Assembly: GCA_050115495.1 (NCBI GenBank)
Contig: JASFQK010000012.1
Location: 1-64,000 of the forward strand
DNA: 64,000 nt
Direction of reading: 5' to 3'
From: Phycisphaerae bacterium
GTDB taxonomy: Bacteria; Planctomycetota; Phycisphaerae; UBA1845; Fen-1342
The translations under genes were made by a program, and so were the position numbers. This document shows positions 29,555-37,868 of the stretch, in pieces. The notes under the pieces were generated by a model. The model was not told the DNA's origin. It saw nothing but the letters and a program-made list of their open reading frames with translations, and did no database searches. Numbering within the stretch: position 1 is the stretch's first letter; the number at the start of each line of letters is the position of its first letter.

Positions 29555-30136
29555 ATGCTCGAAGGGAAACACGTCATTCTGCGGCTGTTTCGAGAGTCGG
29601 ATCTGGAGGAGTTCATCGCGCTTCAGAACCGGTGCACGGAGCGCGGCGAGTATTACCCGCTCGGTCTGCAATCGCCGGCGGCCGCGGCCCGGGACATGAA
29701 GGAAGGCGGCTGGTGGGAGGAGCACACGGGCCGCATGCTCATCACCGACAAGCAGGGACGGCTGCTGGGCTCGATCTTCTTCTTCAAGGGGGCCCCCTAC
29801 CAGGACGGCTACGAGGTCGGCTACACCATCTTTCGGCGGGCGGACCGCGGGCGGGGCATCATGAGCGAGGCTCTGCCGCTCTTCTCGGCGTACCTGTTCG
29901 AGGCCAAGCCGATCGGGCGGCTGTTCCTCTTCGCCGCGACGGAGAACGCCGGCTCCAGGCGGGTCGCGGAGAAAGCCGGCTATCACCAGGACGGCACGCT
30001 GCGGCAGGCGTTTTTCCTGCGGGGGCGATTCCATGACTGCGCCGTGTATTCGATGCTGCGCAGCGAGTGCCGGCCACTGGCGGAGTTCCTGCAACCTCCC
30101 GGAGATGGCGCGGTCGAGACGGGGGCGAGCCGGTGA
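29555..30136 (+). CDS. GNAT acetyltransferase (RimJ/RimL-like)
   Basis: EVGY, RGRGIMSEAL, NAGSRRVAEKAGY. Confidence 0.9.
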   Translation: MLEGKHVILRLFRESDLEEFIALQNRCTERGEYYPLGLQSPAAAARDMKEGGWWEEHTGRMLITDKQGRLLGSIFFFKGAPYQDGYEVGYTIFRRADRGRGIMSEALPLFSAYLFEAKPIGRLFLFAATENAGSRRVAEKAGYHQDGTLRQAFFLRGRFHDCAVYSMLRSECRPLAEFLQPPGDGAVETGASR

Positions 30137-30654
30137 TGAGCTCGTCGGCGAGACTTCCGCAGGCCGAGCGGCTGCAGTTTCGGCGGTTGACCATGGACGA
30201 TCTCGATCCGCTCGCCGAGTTGTACGCCGATCCGGACGTGATGCGGTACATCGGCGTGGGTGGCGTCCGTACGCGTGACGGGACGCGCGAGAAGCTGAGA
30301 GAGCTGATCGACGCCGAGGCGAGCCAGGGTTTCGGTGTCTGGGCGACGATCGAGTGGGAGACCGGGACGTTCATCGGGCGCTGCGGTTTGATGACGTGGG
30401 AGATCGAGGGGCAGCACGAACTGGAGGTGCTGTACCTGCTCGGTCGCCCGTACTGGGGACGCGGGCTGGGGACCGAGGCGGCGATTGCCATTCGCGATTA
30501 CGCGGAGCAGGTGTTGCACAAGCGGCGGTTGATCGCGCTAATCCACGGCGGCAATCACGCCTCGAGACGAGTCGCCGAGAAGGCGGGATTCCGGCATGAG
30601 CGCGAGGTGTCGTTCCAGGGACACCACGTGGCCATGTTCGCACGTGTTTGTTAA
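30136..30654 (+). CDS. GNAT acetyltransferase (RimJ/RimL-like)
   Basis: DPDVMRYI, FIGRCGL, WGRGLGTEAA, NHASRRVAEKAGF. Confidence 0.9.
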   Translation: MSSSARLPQAERLQFRRLTMDDLDPLAELYADPDVMRYIGVGGVRTRDGTREKLRELIDAEASQGFGVWATIEWETGTFIGRCGLMTWEIEGQHELEVLYLLGRPYWGRGLGTEAAIAIRDYAEQVLHKRRLIALIHGGNHASRRVAEKAGFRHEREVSFQGHHVAMFARVC

Positions 30655-30666
30655 AGGGGCCTGAGC

Positions 30667-31218
30667 ATGTTGGAAGGTAAGCAGGTAACGCTTCGTCTGT
30701 TCACCGAAGCGGACGTCGATGAGCTGCACGGCCTGGACGCCGACATCGCCGCTCGCGGGGAGCACTTCCCGATCACGCTGCATCCGCTGGCGGAGATGCG
30801 CAAGCAGTTTCGGGAGACGGGTTGGTGGCAGGAGGACCAGGGCCGCATGGCCATTGTTGCTCCGGACGGTCGGCTGGTGGGTGCGATCGTGTTCTTCAAG
30901 CCGTCGCCGATACTGGTCGGGTACGAGATCGGCTACGTGGTCTTCCGGCCGGAAGATCGGGGACATGGCTACATGAGCGAGGCGCTGCGCATCTTTTCGG
31001 CGTACCTGTTCGAGCTCCGGTCCGTGCCGAGGTTGCAGCTCGGGATGTTCGCCGGGAACGCCGCCTCACGCCGGGTGGCCGAGAAATGCGGTTACCAGTA
31101 TGAAGGCACGCAGCGCCAGGGCGGTTTCCTGCGCGGGCAGTACCGGGATCGGGAAACGTTCTCGCTGTTGCGGAGCGAGTGTCCGCCGCTGGTCGCGTTG
31201 CTGTCGGACGCGAAGTGA
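30667..31218 (+). CDS. GNAT acetyltransferase, paralog of 29555-30136
   Basis: MLEGKQV, GWWQE, YEIGY, MSEAL..FSAYLFE, NAASRRVAEKCGY. Confidence 0.9.
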   Translation: MLEGKQVTLRLFTEADVDELHGLDADIAARGEHFPITLHPLAEMRKQFRETGWWQEDQGRMAIVAPDGRLVGAIVFFKPSPILVGYEIGYVVFRPEDRGHGYMSEALRIFSAYLFELRSVPRLQLGMFAGNAASRRVAEKCGYQYEGTQRQGGFLRGQYRDRETFSLLRSECPPLVALLSDAK

Positions 31219-31240
31219 AAATGAGGGAAGGAGAACATAC

Positions 31241-32269
31241 ATGCCCTTTCTGCGCACACCGATTCTGTTGACGCTTCTGGCCGGCATTCTGGCGGCGACT
31301 GGGCGTGCGGACGATCGGCCGAGCGAGAAGAAGTTGTTCGACGTCGCACCGCCGCTGCGAAGCGGCTACCTCAAGGTCGACGACGTGCACGAGATCTTCT
31401 ACGTCGTGTTCGGCAACCCGCAGGGCAAGCCGGTCATCGTCCTGCACGGCGGGCCGGGGGCCGGGTCGTACCCGCGTCTCATGCAGTACTTCGATCCGCA
31501 GAAGTGGCTCATCGTGCTGCACGATCAGCGCGGCTCCGGCCAGAGCCACCCCGCCGGCGAGCTACGCAACAACACGACGCAGGACCTCGTCGAGGACATC
31601 GAGAAACTGCGCGAGCACCTGGGCATCAAGGAGAAGGCGCTCGTTTTCGGCGGCTCGTGGGGTTCGACGCTGGCGCTGGCGTATGCGGAGGCTCATCCGG
31701 AGTCGGTTCGGGGATTGGTGCTGCGTGGTATCTTCACCGCCTCCGAAGATGAACCGCTGAACGGCTACGTCGGACCGATGCCGCGGGCCTTCTTTCCCGA
31801 CTCCGCCGCCGAGTTCGACGCGGCTTTGCCGGAGGAACTGAAGCCGTGCACGCCGCAGAAGCTCCTGACGCTGTTCACGGGGGACGATCGGCCTACGCAG
31901 CGCAAGGTCGCCGACGCCTGGATTCGCTGCGCGATCAAGACCGGCGCGCTGCACGTGTCGGATGAAGAGCTGGACGAGGGCTGGGGCGATTTCGACGCCA
32001 CGCCGGGGGCGCGTATCGACTGTCACTATGCCGTCAACGGCTTCTTCGTGCGGGGCGATCAGCTCCTGCGCGAGGCGAAGAAGCTGGTGGACATTCCCAC
32101 CACCATCATCAACGGGCGGTACGACGTGGTTTGTCCGCCGATCACGGCGTGGCGTCTGCATCGGCAGTTGCCGAAATCCAAGCTGGTCATCGTCGAAGAG
32201 GCCGGGCATTCCGAAGCCGAGCCGGGCATCACGCAGGCGCTGCTCACCGCGGTGGCGGAATTCGAGTAG
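31241..32269 (+). CDS. pip: Prolyl aminopeptidase (S33) with N-terminal signal peptide
   Basis: LHGGPGAG, DQRGSGQS, GGSWGSTLALAYA, GRYDVVCP, AGHS. Confidence 0.9.
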   Translation: MPFLRTPILLTLLAGILAATGRADDRPSEKKLFDVAPPLRSGYLKVDDVHEIFYVVFGNPQGKPVIVLHGGPGAGSYPRLMQYFDPQKWLIVLHDQRGSGQSHPAGELRNNTTQDLVEDIEKLREHLGIKEKALVFGGSWGSTLALAYAEAHPESVRGLVLRGIFTASEDEPLNGYVGPMPRAFFPDSAAEFDAALPEELKPCTPQKLLTLFTGDDRPTQRKVADAWIRCAIKTGALHVSDEELDEGWGDFDATPGARIDCHYAVNGFFVRGDQLLREAKKLVDIPTTIINGRYDVVCPPITAWRLHRQLPKSKLVIVEEAGHSEAEPGITQALLTAVAEFE

Positions 32270-32350
32270 TACGCTGCGCGAGAGCAGGTGGATAGGCGAG
32301 GGAGTCGCCCGGCGTGTGACGTCCGATCGGGGTTCGACGTCGGCTACGGT

Positions 32351-32438
32351 GTGTGGCATGCCGAAGCGCAGCGCCGGCATGTCTTTGCTGGCGCGTGAGG
32401 AAGACATGCCCGCGCCTTAGAGCTTGGGCATGCCACAC
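32351..32438. repeat. ~88-bp nested palindromic REP-like element, copy 1
   Basis: GTGTGGCATGC...GCATGCCACAC termini with inner GGCATGTCTT/AAGACATGCC stem; second copy at 56289-56375. Confidence 0.85.
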
Positions 32439-32465
32439 CGCGTGAACGGTTGGGACGCTTCTTCC

Positions 32466-32493
32466 GGCTCATAGCTCAAGGCTCACGGCTCAA
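32466..32493 (+). repeat. Heptamer tandem repeat (RGCTCAN)x4
   Basis: ggctcat agctcaa ggctcac ggctcaa. Confidence 0.65.
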
Positions 32494-32506
32494 CGCCCGG
32501 CGAAGA

Positions 32507-32592
32507 CGTCGGCCACGGGGGGCCGGCGCTACGAAGACGGCCGACACGGAGATCGGAGGCTACGGACGTCCGGTGCGGAACCCGGACGCTAC
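32507..32592. repeat. Second cluster of three GTAG-type REP-like palindromes
   Basis: CGTCGGCC-ACGGGG-GGCCGGCG-CTAC, CGGCCGAC-ACGGAG-ATCGGAGG-CTAC, CGTCCGGT-GCGGAA-CCCGGACG-CTAC; same family as 3473-3617. Confidence 0.8.
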
Positions 32593-32771
32593 GTGATGCT
32601 GCCAGTTGACAGCCGGCGGCGGTGTGGCACAGTTTGGCGGAGATTGCGGGCCGGAGTCCCTTTCTACGCCTGGCCGGGTTTGGCTCCGTGGCCCCGAAGA
32701 CCGGGGTGACCGCCCGGCAGAGAGGGACCGGAGACACTGCCGACACGGACTGCGCCCGAAAGGAGTCGGAC

Positions 32772-34118
32772 ATGCCGCCGACCGAGAACGAGAACATCCC
32801 GCCGTCGGCGGAGCACCCGCCGATCACGGATACCGAGCTCGAAGCCCTGGCCCACGAGCACCCCGCCGACGTCGCCGACGCCATCGAGGCCATGCCGGCG
32901 GCCGAGGGTGCCGAGCTGCTGGCCGCCCTGCCGCCCGAAGCCGCCGCCGACGCCCTCGAGCACATGGACGAGGAGGACGCGGAGCTGTACGTGGCGGAGC
33001 TGGCTCCGGCGCTGGCGGCCAGTGCCGTTCAGGAAATGGCCCTGGACGACGCGGCTGACCTGCTGGCCGAGCTGCCCGCCGACCGCCGGCGGGAGATCCT
33101 GGCCGGCCTCGACGCCGAGGATCGGGCCCAGCTCGAAGCCCTGATGGCGTATCCGCCGGAGAGTGCCGGCGGCATCATGTCCCCCGAGGTGACCGCCCTG
33201 GCCGAGGACCTGACGGTCGCCGACGCGGTCAGTGCCCTCCGGCGGCTGGCGGACGAGTCGGAGCAGGTCTTCTACACCTACGTGGTGGACCGGGATAAGC
33301 GGCTGGTCGGGGTCCTGTCGCTGCGGGACCTGCTGCTGGCACGGAGCACGCAACACCTGCGCGAAATCATGATCACGCACCTCGTCAGCGTTCCCGCCGA
33401 GATGGACCGCGAGGAGGTGGCGGCCGTGTTCACGAAGTACGGTTATGTGGCCCTGCCGGTCGTGGATGCCGGCGGGCGGCTGCTGGGCATCGTCACTGTC
33501 GACGACGTGGTGGACGTCATCCAGGACGAGGCCACCGAGGACATGCACCGCATGGTGGGTGCCGGTGCCGACGAGCACGTGGCGTCGCCGATCCCGTTCG
33601 TTCTTCGGCGGCGGGTGCCGTGGCTGCTCGTGAATCTGGGAACGGCCTTTATGGCGTCGCTGGTGGTCGGGCTGTTTGAGTCGACGCTGGCGCAGCTGAC
33701 CGCCCTGGCCGTTCTCCTGCCGGTCGTGGCCGGCCAGGCGGGCAACACCGGACTGCAATCGATGGCCGTGATCATTCGAGGCATCGCGACGGGCGAGACG
33801 CGCGGCCGGCGGCTCACCCGCGTGCTCACGCGGGAGATCGGGATCGGCCTGGCGACGGGCTTACTCATTGGCTTGACCTGCGCGCTCGTCTGCCTGGCCT
33901 GGCGCGGCGACCCGTGGCTGGCGACCGTCATCGGCTTGGCCATGGTGGCCTGTATGCTGGTGGCGACGGTCAGCGGGGCGCTGGTGCCGCTGGGCATGCA
34001 GCGGTTGGGCTTCGATCCGGCCCAGTCGGCCAGCATTATCCTGACGACCATCACGGACGTGGCCGGCTTCGGCATCTTCCTGGCGCTGGGTGCGTGGCTG
34101 CTGGGCGGTCACGGTTGA
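32772..34118 (+). CDS. mgtE: Magnesium transporter MgtE
   Basis: HPADVA, YPPESAGGIM, CBS pair, RRRVPWLLVNL, GQAGNTGLQS, DPAQSASIILTTITDV. Confidence 0.95.
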   Translation: MPPTENENIPPSAEHPPITDTELEALAHEHPADVADAIEAMPAAEGAELLAALPPEAAADALEHMDEEDAELYVAELAPALAASAVQEMALDDAADLLAELPADRRREILAGLDAEDRAQLEALMAYPPESAGGIMSPEVTALAEDLTVADAVSALRRLADESEQVFYTYVVDRDKRLVGVLSLRDLLLARSTQHLREIMITHLVSVPAEMDREEVAAVFTKYGYVALPVVDAGGRLLGIVTVDDVVDVIQDEATEDMHRMVGAGADEHVASPIPFVLRRRVPWLLVNLGTAFMASLVVGLFESTLAQLTALAVLLPVVAGQAGNTGLQSMAVIIRGIATGETRGRRLTRVLTREIGIGLATGLLIGLTCALVCLAWRGDPWLATVIGLAMVACMLVATVSGALVPLGMQRLGFDPAQSASIILTTITDVAGFGIFLALGAWLLGGHG

Positions 34119-34257
34119 GGTGAGGAGGGGGCGTCCCTGCGTTGTGCGCCGCAGGCCGGTATGCGACAATCCTGCTGCGGGCCGGGCCGTTCCCGCGAGC
34201 GATCTGCATGGGACGCTCCGCGGGAGATCGGCCAACACACAACATCGGAGGTGCCCC

Positions 34258-36138
34258 ATGCCCGATCGGGCCATGCTGCGCCTGTGCGTGCCGCCGGACG
34301 TTCGGCCTCTGCTGGAGCCACGCCCCGGGCGCGCTGTCCTCATGCCGCAAAACCGCGCGGAGCTGATCGAGTGGGCGTCGCACGGTCAGGACCGTTTCGA
34401 GGTCGCCTACGACGTGCCGGGTCGGGGCCGCGTGGTCGAGGTCGAGGTCGTACGCTGCCGCAACGGTCTCGCCGTTCACGTGCCGGAACCGTACATGCGT
34501 CGGCGTGACCCGGACTGCATGGTCGTCGCCGACGAGCAGCCGACGGACAAGCAGCGTTTCCAGGATCGCTTCGGCGTCCCGTTTGCCGACTGGCGCAAGC
34601 CGATTCTCTCCTGGCTCGCGGAGCAGTCCGTGGTCGTTGTGCCTTTCCGCGCCGGCCGCAGCGAGTCGGACTACGATGCGGTGCTCATCGCTCCGGAGAA
34701 TGCGGCATTCTTCGCCGCCGCCCTGGCCGATCTACAGGGGATGCTCTCGCCGGATGAACTCGGCGACAGCTTCACGCCGCGGGCCATCATCTACATCGCC
34801 CCGCCCTTTCGCCACACGCATTGCGACGGCAAGCAAGTGGTCGTTCACAACCGCCTGGCGGGCGTGCACGAAGTGTTCGCCCTCAATCTCTACCCGGGCC
34901 CCAGCGCGAAGAAGGGTGTCTACGGCGTTCTGCTGGCCATCGGCGCGGCCGAAGGCTGGGTCACTGCTCACGCGTCCTGCGTGCAGGTGGTCACGCCCTA
35001 CGACCACGTCACGACCATCATGCATGAAGGCGCCAGCGGCGGCGGCAAGAGCGAGATGCTGGAGTATGCGCACCGCGAGGCCGACGGCCGTCTGTGTCTG
35101 GGCCGCAACCTCGTCACCGACGAGAGTATCTACCTCACCCTGCCCCGGGGCTGCGAACTGCACCCCGTGACGGACGACATGACCTCCTGCCATCCAAGCA
35201 TGCAGAACGACTCCGGCCGGCTGGTCGTCGCCGACGCCGAGGACGGCTGGTTCCTGCGGATCAACCACATCGATCACTACGGCATCGACCCGCACCTGGA
35301 ACGACTCTGCGTGCAGCCGGCGGAGCCACTGATCTTCCTGAACCTGCACGCCGTCCCGGGTGCCACCTGCCTGATCTGGGAGCACGTCGAGGATGCCCCC
35401 GGACGCCCCTGCCCCAACCCGCGCGTCATCGTGCCCCGACGCATCGTCCCCGGCGTCGCTACGGGCCCCGTTGAAGTGGACGTGCGCAGCTTCGGCATTC
35501 GCACGCCGCCCTGCACGGCGCAGGCTCCGTCCTACGGCATGGTCGGATTGCTGCACGTGTTGCCGCCGGCGCTGGCCTGGCTTTGGCGGCTCGTCGCGCC
35601 CCGCGGCTACGCCAACCCCAGCATCACCGATTCCGCCGGCCTAGCCAGTGAGGGCGTCGGCTCGTATTGGCCGTTTGCTACGGGTCGCCGGGTGAGCCAG
35701 GCCAACCTGCTCCTGCGGCAGATTCTGGCCACGCCGAAGACGCGGTACGTGCTGATCCCCAACCAGCACATCGGCTGTTGGCAGGTCGGCTTCATGCCGC
35801 AGTGGATCGCCCGTGAGTACATGGCCCGGCGCAGCGGTGCGCGGTTCCGACCCGACCAACTGGTCCCCGCCCGCTGTCCGCTGTTGGGGATGACGCTGAC
35901 GTCCATGCTCGTCGAAGGGGTGCCGATCAGCCCGTGGCTGCTCCAGGTGGAGTTGCAGCCGGAGGTCACCGAGTCGGGCTACGACGCCGGCGCGCAGATG
36001 CTGACGGACTTCTTCCATCAGGAACTCGCCGTCTATCCGCGCGAAGCCGAACTCGAACCCCTGGGCCGGCAGATCATCGACTGCTGCCTCGCCGGCGGCA
36101 CGCTGGCCGACTATCGCGCCCTGATCCCGATGTCCTGA
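34258..36138 (+). CDS. DUF4914-family protein (PEPCK-like P-loop fold)
   Basis: YMRRRDPDCM, LYPGPSAKKGVY, HEGASGGGKSEMLE, VTDDM, SEGVGSYWPFATG. Confidence 0.85.
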   Translation: MPDRAMLRLCVPPDVRPLLEPRPGRAVLMPQNRAELIEWASHGQDRFEVAYDVPGRGRVVEVEVVRCRNGLAVHVPEPYMRRRDPDCMVVADEQPTDKQRFQDRFGVPFADWRKPILSWLAEQSVVVVPFRAGRSESDYDAVLIAPENAAFFAAALADLQGMLSPDELGDSFTPRAIIYIAPPFRHTHCDGKQVVVHNRLAGVHEVFALNLYPGPSAKKGVYGVLLAIGAAEGWVTAHASCVQVVTPYDHVTTIMHEGASGGGKSEMLEYAHREADGRLCLGRNLVTDESIYLTLPRGCELHPVTDDMTSCHPSMQNDSGRLVVADAEDGWFLRINHIDHYGIDPHLERLCVQPAEPLIFLNLHAVPGATCLIWEHVEDAPGRPCPNPRVIVPRRIVPGVATGPVEVDVRSFGIRTPPCTAQAPSYGMVGLLHVLPPALAWLWRLVAPRGYANPSITDSAGLASEGVGSYWPFATGRRVSQANLLLRQILATPKTRYVLIPNQHIGCWQVGFMPQWIAREYMARRSGARFRPDQLVPARCPLLGMTLTSMLVEGVPISPWLLQVELQPEVTESGYDAGAQMLTDFFHQELAVYPREAELEPLGRQIIDCCLAGGTLADYRALIPMS

Positions 36139-36272
36139 AACGCTTGGACCATGCCGGCTCGCAGAAGCTGTCCGATCCGCGTCGCCGATACGGTATCATG
36201 CAGGTGTTGCCGTTCGAATGGGGCGGTCGGACCGCCGCCGGAACGGGAGCTGGGAGTGTCGACGTGGGAAGT

Positions 36273-37604
36273 ATGCAGCGTCGTGCGGTTTGGGCGTTCG
36301 CCGCTTCGTGTCTCTGTGTTCTGCTCGTGCCGGCGCCGGCACCGGCCCAGGACGGGGAGCTGGGTGCCCAGGCCGTCTACCAGGGTGGGCAGGCTTCCGA
36401 CGCCTTCAGCGCCATCCACTATCTCGGCAACGGGCGGATCATCGCCGGTAAGCGGTCCTCTTCGTCAGCCAACCGCTTCCTGCTGAGTGAAGACTACGGG
36501 GCTACGTGGCGGGTCGTCTCCTGCCCCGGCTCGACCGGCGCCCACACGTATTTCTTCGGGCAGAGTGGCGACCTCGTCTTCTCCGGTACCGGGGACACGG
36601 GCAGCGCCTGCCTGATGAAGAGCGTCGATGCCGGCCGGACGTGGTCGGTGGCCCTGACGGCCGCGCAGATCAACAGCCTGATCGGCAGCGCCGACGCCAA
36701 GGCGGTGTTCAGCCCGGTGTGCCTGGGCAGCGACCGCTGGATCGTGAACGTCAAGAGCTTCGACACGCTCCGCAAGGTCATCATGTCCGACGACAACGGG
36801 GCGACGTGGTACGTGCCGGCCGCCCAGCCGGGGCAGAATGCATCGTCGTGGGCGCGGCAGATGATCCTCACGAACGACAACGTGTTGCTCTGGCCGTCGT
36901 GCCTCACGAACAGGATGTACCGGTCGACCGACCAGGGCGGCAGTTGGTCCGCCGTGACGGTGCCGGGAGCGTCGCTCTTCCAGCCGCTGTGCGACGCCGG
37001 GAATAGGGTGTATTTCTGCGGCGACGTGCGGACGACAGCCAACACGCCCATCGCTTTGTACCGCAGCCTCGACCAGGGTCTAACGTGGAGCCTGTCCGTG
37101 CAGGTCAACCTCCAGCGCCCCACGCTGACGTACTGGCGTGATGTGATCAAGGTCGGCGATAGCCTGCTGGCGTCGGCCTGCTGCATCGAGGGCGGCAGCA
37201 GCGACCGCTTCATGCAGTTGTTCGTTTCGGAGGACGACGGTTCGACTTGGCTTTCGCTCGGGAACCCCTATATCGGCCCCTTCGGCGGCATGCAGGCCAT
37301 TTACCAGATGTGCGCCACGGAGGCGCAGATCGTCTTCGCCGGCTGCCAGCCGGACAGCACGATCCTGCGTTGGTCGATGCCGGTCGGCGTCGATAGCGGT
37401 TTGCCGGGCGACGTGGACGGCGACGACATGGTCGATCTGGATGATCTGGTTCTCTTCGCCGACGTCTGTGCCGGCCCCGACGCGCGCCTGCCTCCCCCAG
37501 GCTGTGACCCCACACACTTCCTCCGGGCTGATTTCGACGACGATGTCGACGTGGACCTGTTCGACCTGGCCGGCTTGCAGACGGCGCTGTCGGGCACTCC
37601 GTAG
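36273..37604 (+). CDS. Secreted BNR/Asp-box (sialidase-like) propeller protein with dockerin-like C-terminus
   Basis: Six SxDxGxTW-type boxes; PGDVDGDDMVDLDDL...ADFDDDVDVDLFDLA. Confidence 0.85.
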   Translation: MQRRAVWAFAASCLCVLLVPAPAPAQDGELGAQAVYQGGQASDAFSAIHYLGNGRIIAGKRSSSSANRFLLSEDYGATWRVVSCPGSTGAHTYFFGQSGDLVFSGTGDTGSACLMKSVDAGRTWSVALTAAQINSLIGSADAKAVFSPVCLGSDRWIVNVKSFDTLRKVIMSDDNGATWYVPAAQPGQNASSWARQMILTNDNVLLWPSCLTNRMYRSTDQGGSWSAVTVPGASLFQPLCDAGNRVYFCGDVRTTANTPIALYRSLDQGLTWSLSVQVNLQRPTLTYWRDVIKVGDSLLASACCIEGGSSDRFMQLFVSEDDGSTWLSLGNPYIGPFGGMQAIYQMCATEAQIVFAGCQPDSTILRWSMPVGVDSGLPGDVDGDDMVDLDDLVLFADVCAGPDARLPPPGCDPTHFLRADFDDDVDVDLFDLAGLQTALSGTP

Positions 37605-37868
37605 CGGCGGCGCGTTCCTGCGACACGAGGGGTCTGCCGGCTCCGACATGTCGGCATCGTCGCCAACGTTTCGGATTCGCCACCTCGGTTGACGTGGATC
37701 AGCGCTGTCCTTGTCGAGAGCCCGCGCGCCAACGATTGGACGGCCCAACTCAAAACGCCGATCACACCCTCGATACAGCGTGTCGGCCTGCTGCGCGGGC
37801 CGGCTCTTCGTTTCTCCGATCGCATCGCCGGCTTCGCGGCAGTCTGAACGCATCTTTGAGAGTACCCC

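Noticed and set aside
32440..32771. Mg2+ (M-box) riboswitch upstream of mgtE
   Set aside because: The region is largely explained by REP and heptamer repeats; I could not recognise M-box or ykoK features.
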